Shown here: positions 14,101 through 27,920 of the stretch, piece by piece
Layout: each line of letters starts with the position of its first letter
How positions within the stretch are numbered: the stretch's first letter is position 1
Source of the DNA: Eledone cirrhosa
Taxonomy: Eukaryota
Assembly (NCBI GenBank): GCA_964016885.1
Contig: OZ024746.1
Coordinates: 49,228,001-49,292,000, forward strand
Direction of reading: 5' to 3'
Length of the DNA stretch: 64,000 bases
The notes under the pieces: generated by a model
The model's database searches: none
What the model was told of the DNA's origin: nothing
What the model saw: the letters and a program-made list of their open reading frames with translations, nothing else
Program-made: the position numbers and the translations under genes

Positions 14101-15078
14101 AAACACAGAAAAAGCAAAGCAGGTAAAAGTAACTGCAAAGAAAGAACTGCTACAGAAACTGGCTAAGAAATGGCAAGAAAAGCCTCTGTATGGAAAATAC
14201 CCAGAGCGAGCTAACAATCCTGATGTTGACAAAACTTTAACCCATCAGTGGTTGGCATCCTCTGGACTGAAATCGGAGACTGAAGGACTGATTATATCGG
14301 CACAAGATCAGTGTCTGCCAACAAAAAATTACCAAGCCAACATAATAAAAAATGGATGCAGCCCATTATGCCGTGTATGCAAAAGGCAACCAGAGACCAT
14401 TGACCATATAATTTCAATGTGCAGTCCTATAGCTCCAATCGAATACCTAAACAGGCATGACAGAGCTGCACAATACATACATTGGATAATGTGTAAGCAT
14501 TTTGACTTGCCCCATCAAAAGAATTGGTGGGAGCATCAACCATCTCCCATACTTGAAAAAGATCACATCTCAATCTTGTGGGACTTTAGCATCCAAATAG
14601 ACCGAAAAATAGATGCAAATAGACCTGATATAATATTGAAGGACTTTAAAAAGAGGGTATGCCTGCTAATTGATATGTCCGTTCCAATAGACAAGAATGT
14701 ATCTATAAAAACATTTGAAAAATTGAGCAAGTATAAGGACCTGGAGATAGAAATTGGAAAAATGTGGAAATTGAGAACTAAAACAATACCAGTGGTTGTA
14801 GGCGCTCTGGGAATGATACCTAAGGGGTCTAATGATTACTTATCGCAAATCCCAGGAAACCCGCGTATAGGAGAAATACAAAAGATAGTACTAATGGGAA
14901 CTGCCCATATACTAAGGAAGATTCTGTCAATATAAGTACATCACAAGTCTAAACACTAAAGATGCATGTGTTAGTGTGTATGTTCTTTTTGAACATGGCG
15001 GACCTTGTTGTCTCTTGAGGTCACTGGTTGTGACTTAGTGATAACTCGTATGAACATAAAGCAAGATAAATGCAACTG
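11110..15078 (+). mobile_element. Second, distinct R4/Dong-like RT+RLE LINE with (TAA)n tail
   Basis: RT ([22 protein letters not shown]), CRVCK..ETIDHIISMC, RHD, RPDIIL..D; tail 15079-15096; 5' boundary approximate. Confidence 0.9.
11273..14935 (+). pseudogene. RT-RLE polyprotein with one in-frame TAA at 12323-12325
   Basis: ORFs 11273..12325 and 12341..14935 are in the same frame. Confidence 0.85.
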
Positions 15079-15097
15079 TAATAATAATAATAATTAT

Positions 15098-18000
15098 GTT
15101 TTCTTTATTAACCACAAGGCGGTAGTAGATGACGTACGCGATGTACGCGTTAGCCACCTCCGCTCGACCTTTCAGGGATAGCTTCCTCTCGGCCCATTTC
15201 TGGGTGAGAGAAGCCACCCTGCTCGTCACCTCGTCCCAGTTTTTGTCCGTCTGGATGTCCGGACCGAACCAGACCCCTAGCAATTTAACCGTCCGTCCGT
15301 CCAGCGCCCGACGACGCTGTTGGACGGCATGGACCCGCCACTCCAGGTGCCGAGCTGCAGGCCCACTGACTTTTCCTGGTTGATCATTGCTCCTGTCACC
15401 GCTTCGTATTCTCTTAGTGTAGTGCCGATCGCCTCGATGTGTTTGGCGTTCGACACCACTACAGTGACATCGTCCGCATATGCTGATACGGATCTTCCGC
15501 ATCCTAGTTCGCGAGGGACGCCCCTCAACGTCTCCAGTTTGTGCAGTAATGGCTCGAGAGTCAATACGTACAAGAGGGACGAGAGGAAACATCCTTGGCG
15601 GACCGAGCGCATGATGTTTAACGGTTCCGAAAGGTGACCGTTCACTCTCACCCCAGAGCAGATGTCGCTGTGCATGGCAGCGATCCAGCCTCTGAAGACG
15701 TGCCCAAAGCCAGCCGCCCTCAGGACTGCCGCTGGGTAACGATGGTCGACCCTATCGAAGGCTTTCGACTGATCTAAATTCATCAAAGACCCACCCGTGC
15801 CAGGTTCCCTAGCTACCCTCTCTACGATGTATCGCATGAGGTGGAGATTCTCGTAGATGGATCTGTCGGGAATGGCGCATGTCTGCGCCTCTCCCACCAG
15901 ACCACCAATGACAAGCGCCGACCTCTTTGCTAGCACCTTGGCCAAAATCTTGAACTCTGTGTTTAGCAGAGTTATGGGCCTAAAATTTTCTATGTTATCG
16001 CCCTTGTTCGGATCCTTTCTCAGCAGCGCCACCGCTCCTCGGCTCACAGGGCTGGGAATTCTCCCATTCTGTTGCCAGCTGCAGTAGACGTCCGCCAAGA
16101 GGCCTTCGAACACGTCTGATATTTGTACGTAAAGTTCATGGGGCAGACCATCCAAACCTGGCGATTTACCCCTTGCGCAGCCAGACATTGCCTCCCGTAC
16201 TTCAGCGGCTGTTATCTACTTTTCGCAACGCTCCGTCTCAGTGGCCGAGAGCCGCGGCAGTCGTCGAGGTAGACACTAAACTCTATCCCTCGATCCGGCC
16301 CGCCGCTTCCCCCGAACAGTTGAGCGAAGTGTCGCTGAAAAGCTTCACACATTTGCCCGGGATCGAGTAGCATGCGCCCGTCGTGGTCCACCAAAGACCG
16401 GATCGTGGCTTTGTTGCCACGACGCGCCTCCGCCACTCGGGCCCATTGAACGGCTTTCGTCCCCTCGTGTCTGAGAGCACATACCCTAGCTCTGACAACG
16501 CAGCCTTCGTGCTTTGCATTCAAGAATTGGTCAAGGGCCAATTTCGCCGCAAGTACGTCGGTCGTGATGCCATTGCAAAGCGACTCGTCTAATTTTCTAA
16601 CTAATTGTCCCTCTGCTCTATTTTTCTCTATTGCTAAAGCCTTACTAAACCTAATGGACTCTATTCTAATTGCTCTTTTCAGAGCAAACCGCCACTTGTT
16701 GTTAACGATGGCGCCCGTCAACGCCCGCTTAACTAGTTCGCTAATCCGGTCTCTGAAGGCCTTGCGCGCTGGTTAGGACGCGTTTAGCTTCCAGTAGCCG
16801 GGTCCTCGTCTATGAAGCCTATCTAAGTCAAGCACACAGATCACGAATTTGTGGTCCGTGTAGCTGACTATCTTGAATTGTGGACAGCCTATGCTAGACC
16901 TATCTATTTCCCTACAAAATACTCTATCTAGATATGATCTGGATGACCCTATGCGATTTGTCCAAGTCCACATTGGCACATTCGGGAAATCCAATCGGTA
17001 CCTGTCAGACAGTACAAAACGCCTGAGCAGGTTGGTAAGGTTCTTGCACCCTCCTCCCCTATCCACTAATCCCACACAGTCCCAGCGTGCATCTAAGATC
17101 CCGTTCCAGTCACCCACTAACACTAAAGAGCGGGACGTTCTAAGAAAGTCTCCAGACGCCGGAAGAAATCAGGCCGCCCTGCTCCAGTCGGGGCATAGAC
17201 GGCCACTAGCCTGAAAGCTTGCCCGTCTCCGCTGGTCACGACCAGCGCCAACAACTTACCCTCTGGGTCCAGGAAGATGGCCCGTATGGCGAGATCGAAA
17301 CCTCTCCGAAAAAGCACAGCATCTCCTTCCCCCGATCCAGGACGGCTGGGAGATGCGTACACATCGTAGCCGCCGAAGATCCGTGCGAAGGCCCGTGCTT
17401 CGGAGATTCTGGTCTCGCTGATGGCCACTACATCTATGTTTAGTGACCTGAGGTCATTGAGCAGGTGGCCCTGCTTCCATGACGACCCCAAGCCACGCGC
17501 ATTTATGCTGCCTATTCTGAGTGAGGTCATGTTGAAATGGAGTGGAAAAGATGGGAAAGACCACTTACCGTACTTTTCGTAGAGGAAGGATGGTTTCTCC
17601 ATCCATTTTCACTTGATCGTCTGGTGAAGGGACCGTTGAATCGTCCCTTCGGCTGGTCGTCGGCTCTTCTATGAGTATGTCCGAATATACTCTCCGGTTG
17701 AGAGTTCCTCCTAGGTCTCTGAAATCACCAACTGCGTTGGGGAATTTCGTTTTAATGTTTGTGTATTGTTTCTGTGCTAATTTTACCAGTCTTATGTTCG
17801 TTGGCATTTTGATTGGTGCTGGTATTATGTAGTCGTGCTGTGAAATGTCTGTGTGTTCAATTATGTAAGTCATTAGTTTCATGTTGTGTGTATTTATTGC
17901 CGTGCATTTGTTTTTCTGGGGGTGAGGTGTGGTTCTGCTATTTTCTTTGTCGTTGTTGCTGGGTGTGTGTGTTTTGTTGTTGTGTTTGCGATGTTGGTGC

Positions 18001-19918
18001 TTGTGGTGGTGGTGTTGAAGGTGTTGTTGTTGTTGGCGGTGGGGTTGTCGCCGGTGGTGATGGTGGTCCTAGTGTGGGTGGTGATGGTGTTGGTGGTGTT
18101 GCTGCTGTGAGTCTCTTTGCAGTAGCCTTTACCCTTTTTTCATTTCTTTCCTCCCTTTTCGAAGGCGACGATGCGCTGCTTCAGCGTTTGTGCCTTCTTG
18201 GGACCTTTTGCCATCCCTCTCCCACCTCACACTCCATGTCTGACTCTGTGAGGTCGGGGAGGGGTACCAGCTCCACTCTTTCACTTGTTGTTGTTGGTGA
18301 TGTTTGCAGTGGAGTCTCTGTTGCATCTGCATTTGGTATTACTCTTGTTGTTGTTAATACTTCCACTGCTGCTGCTGTTCTTGATTTCCGTGGCGTGAGT
18401 ATGGGTGCCACGGACCTATCGTTCCTGGTTGCCGCTTGTCCTATTGCTGGTAGCCGTGGAGCCGGTTTCGGAAGGAGGGGGTTTTCTCCTTTCTCAGGGT
18501 CTTCTCGTTGCAGAAGTCCCTGAGGTAAGTCTTCGATCCACAGCGAAAGCATTTCGGGCGTTTGCCCTCAACACTTATGGGCAATTGAGTGCCGTTATCG
18601 AAGTCTATCACATCCGGGATAGCTTCGATGCACTCCTGGTTGGTTTGGATTAACATCTCAATGGAGGTGCCGACCCAATCTTCTCTTACTTTTTTCTGTA
18701 CTTGCAGTACAGTTGTTTTGTTCTCGATTCCGACGAGGACAGACGCGGCCAGCCAAGAAGGGGCCATCCCGGGGGGATGGGGGGGGGGGGGTCAGTTTGA
18801 CCCTCACAAATTTTTGCCCGCAGTAGGAGAGCACCAACACCATTTCCTCTCTCCTTAGGGTCACTAAGGATTGAGCCTTTGCCTCCTGGGGTGTGGCTAA
18901 AAGCACGTCTGCGGTGGCATATTTCTTGCCTCGGGTGATGTGCGTTGTCCGCTGCCACACATACCCTTAGGCTTTTTGTATTTGAGCCTCTGTGGCTCTT
19001 TCAACCCTACGGGATTTTGTGCTTACTGTACGGTACGTGACCGTACAGTGCTGTTGGGTTTCGAAATATTTTTCGGCTGCCTTCCAGATTGCTCGGTGTC
19101 CGGTTTTCGTCACCATCTTCTTCGCTTCCTCTAATTCCTCATTTGTTATGAGGATGGTTTCCAGGTTCTTTGCGATACCTGCAAACGAGATTGGTTTTTC
19201 TTTGCTGTTGTTGTTGTTGTTGTTGTTGTCGTCAGAGCTGCTGTTACTTTTGTTGTTGCTGCAGGTACTACGACTACTGCCGCCGCCGCTGTTGCTGTGG
19301 TTGTTGTTGTCGTTGCTGCTGCTGTTGTTGTTGTTGTTGTTGCTGCTAATGCTGTTTTTGTTTATGCTGTTGCGGATGCAACTGTTGTTTTCCTTGTCAC
19401 TGCTGCTGCTGCTGCTGTTATTACGGCTGCTACTGCTATTATTTATGACGTCAGACGAATGAAATGGGTTTTCGTATTTCCCGCACACATTTTTCGTCGT
19501 TGTCGTCGTCGTCGTGGAGAAATGTTGCACGCTTTCTACGTGATTTTTCTTTACTGGCGTCGCTTGCGAAAGAGAAGGGAGGGAGAGAGACACATTTAGA
19601 GAAGGGAGGGAGAGAGACAATCTTCTCTCTGCTGTAGTGACGATTGAGGAAGAAGAAGACGGAATGAGTGGGAGTGACCTATGAAAATTCTTTTTCGTAG
19701 CCATGTTTTTTTTTGTTTAAAATAAATATTGGGCACAAAACGCCAATAAGCGGTTATTTAACCCCGAAGGGCTAAATAACGGGCAGAAAGACCCCTCTCA
19801 CGAGGAGGAGGGTGTTTTTGTCTACAATTTGGTTGAAGTTTTAAACAATTTACAATTGTTATAGCGGTCAAAATTTACAATACCTTACAGAGCCGAGCCT
19901 CCGTCAACCATAGCATTC
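15098..19918 (-). mobile_element. Tx1/L1-clade LINE copy 2: ORF2 near-identical to copy 1, divergent ORF1, about 1.2 kb missing near the 3' end
   Basis: 15120-17613 aligns base-for-base with 5890-8375; ORF1 pieces 17565..19704 (SVEGKRPKCFRCGSKTYLRDFC); terminal 22 nt identical to 4641-4662. Confidence 0.9.
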
Positions 19919-19948
19919 AAGAAGAAGAAGAAGAAGAAGAAGAAGAAG

Positions 19949-19978
<30 letters not shown>
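19919..19978 (+). repeat. (GAA)n microsatellite abutting the 5' end of Tx1 copy 2
   Basis: Pure GAA run. Confidence 0.95.
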
Positions 19979-19979
<1 letters not shown>

Positions 19980-20411
19980 TACAGCTCTCGCATCGCTCCA
20001 TCATAGTCAGCCTATGGACTTTTCAGCACATTCTATTATATACCATAATATATCTTATATATATATAGATTGGTGTTTGTGTGTGTATATATAAAATAAG
20101 TATATATAAGATAAGAAATGGAATAAAAAATCTCGTTTGGTGCAGATTTTACATTATTAGGAATAAGATATCTATCTGCCTTACAGAACACTTCTTCTAT
20201 ATTTCGGAAACTCTCCCTCCTCATCATCTAAGAGAATCAATGGTTGAGGGAGAGAGAATGTCGTCTTCGTCGTCGTAATGTTGTTGTTGTAAAATATTTT
20301 ATAGAAAATAAACTGATATATTCAGCTCTGTTGTGACAGCCTTTCAGATACTATAGATTATTTTCCTGAAGGCGTATTATTGTTCCTTTGAATATAGTGT
20401 TAGTGATAAAG

Positions 20412-20443
<32 letters not shown>

Positions 20444-20468
20444 GTATGCATATATGTATGCATGCATG

Positions 20469-20508
<40 letters not shown>

Positions 20509-20510
<2 letters not shown>

Positions 20511-20692
20511 GGAAAATGTTTGACCCCGACGGCAGAGCTCAAGCCGTTTCGACGGCTATTTCTGGAGTCCAGAAACGGCTTGAGCTCTGCTGTCGTGGTC
20601 ATACATTTTCCTATTACCCACTCTACTACCCTAAGTATTGAGTACTCTGGTGCGTTATGGTCCATCTGGTTCCTTACCACAACCCTTTCGTT
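20509..20692. mobile_element. Family A fold-back mini-element (Penelope-like pLTR derivative) in (TA)n
   Basis: Inverted arm GGAAAATGT..GAGCTCAAGCCGTTTC / GAAACGGCTTGAGCTC..ACATTTTCC plus unpaired tail TTACCCACTCTACTACC..CCTTACCAC; homologs at 22501, 40427, 44327, 49609. Confidence 0.7.
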
Positions 20693-20699
20693 ATATGTA

Positions 20700-21588
20700 T
20701 ATAACATGCAGTTTAATGCTGGCAAATTCCAAGCCCTACAATACAAACCTGCAAACACAAATATAGTGGAACACAGCTACACAGGACCAGGAGGGACCGA
20801 TATCCCCGTGTCAAAATCGATACGAGACCTGGGCATAGACATGAGCGATGATGCATCTTTTTTCTTCACGCATCATGAAAGTGGCGACAATGTGCAGACG
20901 ACTCGCTGGCTGGATCTTGAGGACTTTCCGGACAAGATATCGAGACACCATGTTGACACTGGGGACGACTTTTGTCCTAAGCCGTCTGGACTACTGCTCC
21001 CAGTTGTGGTCACCCCATAGTGTCAAACTAACCACGGAGCTTGAGGCAATCCAGCGAAGCTACACCAAGAGGATTGCCAAGATGAGGGAGACAAGCTACT
21101 GGGAGAGGCTAAAGGAACTGAACCTCTACTCCTTGGAGCGAAGACGGGAGAGATACGCAGTGATCTACATGTGAAAAATCCTGGAGGGACTAGCACCAAA
21201 CTTTGGCATTGGGAGCTGGACCAACCGTCGAACAGGACGTCACTGTGTGGTGCCAAAGGTCCCGTCTTCCACATCTAGAATAAGGAGCAGGTATTGCAAT
21301 AGCCTGGGATTCAAGGGCCCTCAACTCTTCAACAGGCTGCCGAGAGATCTGAGAGACTTGCATGACGTGGGGGTGGATGTCTTTAAGAAACATCTCGACA
21401 CCTTGTTATCCAGGATCCCGGATGAGCCCACAGCAAGACACGAGGGAAACCTAAGGGCAGCAGCAACAAACTCCCTCTTACACCAGTGGCCAACCTATAC
21501 AAGCTGGAGCTAAAATGTGTAGCAACAAGGGCGGTGCCCCAGCATGGCCTCAGCCTGATGGCTGAAACAGGTAAAAGAGTAAAAGAGT
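20700..21588 (+). mobile_element. 5'-truncated CR1-group LINE (RT C-terminal region + 3' UTR)
   Basis: NMQFNAGKF, RDLGI, SRLDYCSQLWSP, EAIQRSYTKRI, YWERLKELNLYSLERRRER; tail (GTAAAAGA)n; a tiny copy of the same 3' end lies on - at ~37222-37268. Confidence 0.8.
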
Positions 21589-21720
21589 ATATATATGTAT
21601 ATACATATGTACATATATATATATACATATATATATGTGTGTGTATTATATATATTTATATATATATGTATATATATATACATATATATACTTACAAATG
21701 TTCATATACTTGCGTACGCG

Positions 21721-21812
21721 AGTATCTATGTGCTAGTATCTATGTGCTAGTAACTATGCGCTAGTATATATGCGCTAGTATCTATGTGCTAGTATTTATG
21801 TGCAAGTATCTA
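21721..21812 (+). repeat. 14-bp minisatellite (AGTATCTATGTGCT)n, about 6 units
   Basis: Direct inspection. Confidence 0.85.
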
Positions 21813-22411
21813 AGTGTGTGTTTCACTGTACGTGTGTACATTGTATAATGCTTAGTTTGCATTTTTTCTATTATTCAAGTGGAAGCTTATAATGCCTAAT
21901 GGCTGTAAATTATTCTGATTTCAAATATTTCTATATCACAATATCATATAAATTTGGTATGGTTTGGTTGTAGAAACATTGTATAGACTATTGCTTTAAG
22001 TTTAATATTAAACGTTGCCTATTCCTCTATGTTGTTAGTTTGAAGATCAAAGTGACTATTTTAAATAAACGAATGGATGCCATTTGATGTGCCTGAAATA
22101 GTAAGATACTGTTTTTAATAAATGTGCTTTAATATTTACCAACCAAGAAAGGGAGAGAAAATATAAATGGTCTTATAGTAATTTTTGTTTTAAATATAGC
22201 TGTATACGCCACAAGGACACACAGAGCTCCCACAGACTTTACATAGATATACATATTAGTTATACAAACACATAAGCACACAATCACACTCATATAACAC
22301 TTTGATCTTTATATATATATATATATATATGTGTGTGTTTGTTTGTTTGTTTGTGTGTGTGTGTATGTGCGTGTGCCAGTATATATATATATAAATATAT
22401 ATATATATATT

Positions 22412-22785
<374 letters not shown>

Positions 22786-22992
22786 TTGTATATACGTATA
22801 TGTATATATATATAAATGTGTGTGTGATATAAATAGTCAGAGAGTAAGCATATAGTGAAAGCACTGCATATGTTCAGTAAATAAAAGCCTGAATACGTTG
22901 AACAATTGTGCATAGGTTTCAAAACCGCTAAATATATGTATTTTAAAAGAATACATACATATGTACGTACGTACATACATATATACATACAG

Positions 22993-23255
22993 ATATGATG
23001 TAGTGGCCAAAGCATTGTACAATGCAATCTGTAGAAAAGATAGCCCTGAAAATAAACACATTAAATGCTACAGCAATGTGGAAGACATGATATAAAAGAG
23101 TACTGGTGGAATGTTCTTGTAAAAACCCCAATAGAATGCAGGGTGTCCAAAATCACCCTCCTCACCAAGTGGGTTTGCCGGTTTAGTCGCCGACGACCCG
23201 ACCATGCGACATGTACTGGGTTACATGTTACCAGTAGCACTCATGAGTGACCTGA
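22993..23255. mobile_element. Fusion of an RLE-LINE fragment (+, 22993-23141) and the 5' part of the RTE-derived element (-, 23141-23255)
   Basis: First part matches ~26762-26910; second part is the reverse complement of ~56875-57000. Confidence 0.75.
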
Positions 23256-23416
23256 GATACACACCTACATTCATACATATATATACACACATACACACAT
23301 ACACACATACATACATACATACATACATACATACATACATACATACATACATACATACATACATACATACATACATACATACATACATACGTACATACAT
23401 ACATACATACATACAT

Positions 23417-26400
23417 GATCAGTCAACGCGATCAGTCGCATATTTTGGCGTGGGAAACTATTTATTAAATTTAAGATGAATACTATCTCCGACAGTAATG
23501 CCACAACTACAGCCAGGTTGAATAACTGGTTATTCTTCTAACTATCCCTTCTGAAAACACCTTTTATTCAAATTCGTAGAGATATCCGACTAAATACATA
23601 ATTCATTTTACAAGGATTTGCTACAAACAGCATGGCTGAACACAACATCAACAAGAAAATTAAGGAAGTATCGAAGACAAATAACAAAGAAGGTAATCAA
23701 ACTTTATTCAGTTGTAGCTACAGAAGAAACCGAAATTATAAATCGCATTTCTCTTGGAGTTGCGAACTTAATATATATTTATTTAATTGTTATAAAATGG
23801 CAAAAAACAATCCCTCCATTGGCTATATGAATAAAATGAAGCTACACTGGGACGAAATGCACCCAGAGCTAAATTATTTCACAGCGAAACAATTACGCCA
23901 ACAAGCGACGTTTGTTGAACGTAAAAATAAGATAAATATTATTAATTGTAAGTCCCCCACAACAAACATGGAATCAACAACACGTGCTACAGATCGCCAT
24001 GCTACTACACTTCCTAGCAGCCAGGTCAAACAGCGCCTTGAAACAACTATGCCTGTACCATCTAAGTCTACCTCGAATGCTGGGGAAAACACTATCGATA
24101 ATAATAATAGTCGAATAAATGTGACACCACGTATACCATCTGAGTCTACCTCGACTGTTGTGGAAAATACTATCGATAATGATAATCAAAAGTATAAACA
24201 ATTGAAAATTTCCCTCAACGAAATCTTCCAGAGAGAAATTAACTCATGTATAAATATCTCTCTGGCTGAACGTGTTAAAAGGACAATGGTGAATAAAAAA
24301 CCAAATAATGAAATACTACGTGTTATTGACGAAATAGGGGATGAATATTTACGACGGATAAAAACCCCAACATTTTGGCAAATCAACGCCTGTTTATATG
24401 CCTTAGCAATGACAGTGAAGCAGTATCTTGGTGATTGCAGAGATATTAACAAGAACAAAACACCACCAAAAATACCATCATATATAACTAAAATAGAAAA
24501 AAAGAGTGCTGACCTACGAAAAAACATAGGACGTGTGATAATGCTCCTTACATGCAAACAAACACAAAAAAACCTCACTCCTCACCAACAAAGAGTGAAA
24601 AATAAAATAGAGACGATGTTTGGTAACAGTACAACCAGAACTCTCCAATATAAGCTGATCACCCTCAAACAAGAATTGAGAGCTGTTAGCGAAAAATGCC
24701 GATACCTGAAGAAGGTAGATGAGAGAAAAATGCTTAATAAAAGATTCAGACGAAACCAAACATCAGTCTATAGAGATATGAAGGGTAAAATAATAAGTGT
24801 CACTGAGGCCCCATCCCAGAAAGACATAGATTCCTTTTGGAGAAAAATATGGGGTGAAAAGAAGAATTTCAACCAAGATGCAGTGTGACTAAGAGAAATC
24901 CGAAAGAACTATTGCTCTACACTACAACAAAAACATACGAAATAAGTGAGGGTACCCTTGAGACTGTGATAGGAAAACTCCAAGATAAGAAAACACCAGG
25001 AAGAGACATGATTGTCGGCTACTGGTACAAAAAACTAATATTCTATCGGGGGTATCTTACTGACCGCTACCAACAAGTTCTTAAGGGAGATACACTTATA
25101 CCAGAATGGTTGACATTAGCACAAACGTTACTGGTCCCCAAGAACAAAGACACCCACTTGGCAAAAAACTACCGACCCATTGCATGCCAGAACCTAATGT
25201 ATAAGATGTATACAGCCTGCCTCAACCTATTCCTCCAAGATCACTGTGAAAATAATAACATCATCACAGATGAACAAGCAACTGGAAAGAAAAGGGTTTT
25301 GGGATGTGCTGAAAAACTCCTAATCAACAAAACTGCGATGTCGGAGGTGCGACAACTTAGGAGGAATATGACTACAGTCTGGCTGGACTACAAGAAAGCT
25401 TTCGATTATGTTCTCCACTCTTGGATGATAGAGGCCCTCCAACTTGCTAAAGTCCCAGACATTATTGTCAGAGCCATAGAGAGGCTGTCTTCTTCTTGGG
25501 CTACTATCCTAAGGTTAAAGACAGAGAGGGAGGACTCTATTTTCACTGATAAAATAAAATATTGCAGGGGTATATTTCAGGGGGACAGTCTCTCTGTGAT
25601 ATTGTTCATCTTGTCATTAAAACCCTTGTCCTTTCTGCTCAAGAAATGTGAGGGATACATCATTGGCTCACAGGAGGACAGAAATACGAACCTAACCCAT
25701 AACTTCTTTGTGGACGATCTGAAACTCTATGCCAAGAGCATGGATGGGATGAAGAAAAATCTTGACCTGGTTACAACGTTCTTAAAGGTTATAGGAATGG
25801 AGTTTGGCCAGGATAAATGCTCATACATGACTGTAAAGCGGGGAAAAACAACAACCCAATCTAGCAACGTTGTCATCAATGGTCTAACTGTTTCACCGAT
25901 ATCTGATGAGGACTGCTACAGATACCTGAGGATAAATGAGAACACATCCTATAATGGTATCTGTAATAAAGAACGCGTAACCAGGGAATACTACACCCGA
26001 TTAAGAAAGATCTGGTCATCGGAACTCTCTGCGCAAAACAAAACAGTGGCTCACAATGTGTTTGCTGTGCCTGTCCTAACACCAACGTTTGGAATACTCA
26101 ATTGGACGATAGATGAAATTCGAGCAGTTGATGTTGGAACTCGAAAAATACTGAACAACACCGGAAACTTCCACATCAACAATGATGTAGACCGCCTTTA
26201 CTTGAAACGTAAGCAGGGAGGCAGAGGCCTAACATCAGTCCAGACAACATTTGAATGTCGCATCATATCTCTCCGACAAGATCTACGAACCTCGAAGCGT
26301 AGGAGCCCGCTTCTCGAGCAAGTCTATCTGCATGAAACAGATAAGATCATGAGAGTTGGGAAGGAACTCCTTGAGAGATATTCCCTGTGTGATAATCAAA

Positions 26401-27482
26401 AACTCACACCCAGGGATGTCGCTCAGCAGTATCGCAGTGAATCCATGGATGATAAACTGCATGCCTATCAGCAAAAAATCATGCATGGATATGTTGCCAG
26501 GAAGCTCCAAAGTGAGAGTAATATAGATAAGAAAAGTAGTCTATCTTGGACCAACAACCGATTTATTGGCTCCCACTTTGAAGGATACGCTTTTGCAATC
26601 CAAGAACAGGAGATTAGCACGAAATACCTGATTCACAAAAGAGATAGGGATGCACCTAGATGTGATAACAAGTGCAGACTCTGCAGAACTAACATCGAGG
26701 ATATCACCCATGTCATCAGCAGCTGCCCAAAGATGTCATCGCGGTACTATCTACCTATGAGGCATGATGTAGTGTCCAAAACACTGTACAATGCAGTTCG
26801 TAAAAAAAATAGCCCCGATAATAAACACATTAAAAGCTACAACAATGTGGAAGACATCCATGTACATAATATGAAAGAGTACTGGTGGAATGTTTCAATA
26901 AAATGCAGGCATAACAGACCAGATATTATGATATGGGACAGGGAGAAGAAAACATGCACAGTAGTGGAAATTAGCTGCCCAGCAGATGCCAATATAATAT
27001 CAAAGATTAGTGAAAAGGAGAATATTTATGCAGAACTGATGAGAAATCTGCAGATACTCCACACTGATTACACCTTCAGATTTATGCCTGTGATTATTGG
27101 GACACTGGGATATGTTAGTAACTGCCTCAATACAAATCTTGAGAAGCTAGGCTTCACAGGAATAGAAAGAACACAATTAGTTAGAAAATTACAAGTACAA
27201 TCCATTAATGAAACAGTAAAAATATGTAAAACATTCCAAAAATTTGGCATCTAATAACTGCATATACACATGTACAGATACAAAGCATATACACATGCAC
27301 ACATACAACTCAAAACATACACATACACACATACAATAACATCCATATCTACACATGCATGCATACATACATATCTACCTAGTTGATGTTGTGTAAATTC
27401 CAATGAGAGAGTCTTGTGTCTATGTTAGAAACCGACTCTCTCTCTATTGGTAAAATTTTGTGAAATTATAAAACCAGAAGAA
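23417..27482 (+). mobile_element. Third R4/Dong-related RT+RLE LINE, flanked by (CATA)n
   Basis: ORFs 23632..24888 and 24885..27254 (stop + frameshift); [46 protein letters not shown]; (CATA)n at ~23305-23416 and 27483-27492. Confidence 0.88.
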
Positions 27483-27490
27483 CATACATA

Positions 27491-27920
27491 CATGGTGGCT
27501 GCCAACTCGTTTTCGAGTACGGCCACTACTTTATATCCATGTAGGAGAACTCCTACCGATGCGCTGAACGAGTGTGACTTTTTAGTCCAGCCAGCTACCT
27601 GAAAACTCTGGTACAAACACTACACATGTGACAAATATTGACACATAGTGCTGGGCCCATGATACGATGTGATAACAAGTGCAGAGAGATCTCCAGATAT
27701 AAAGCAATGCCTGTGTCGTGAAGCTTTTATAGTGAGCAAAGGTACTGCACAAAGCCAGTCCCACTCTCTTAACCAAGATGATATTTACCAAAAAGAAGAA
27801 CAAGTCAACATCATTGGATACCATCAGAGTTGCAGGTGTTATATCAGAGTTTTCCTTCTCCTAGAATTCTGCCTTGACAAAGGCTAAGGGGTCATCTCTC
27901 CCGGTGATTTTGGATGGCCA
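27491..27920 (-). mobile_element. 5'-truncated RTE-derived non-autonomous element in (TATG)n
   Basis: Reverse-complement match to 57055-57483; relic C2H2 finger frame; 3' hairpin CTCG-AAAA-CGAG. Confidence 0.7.
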
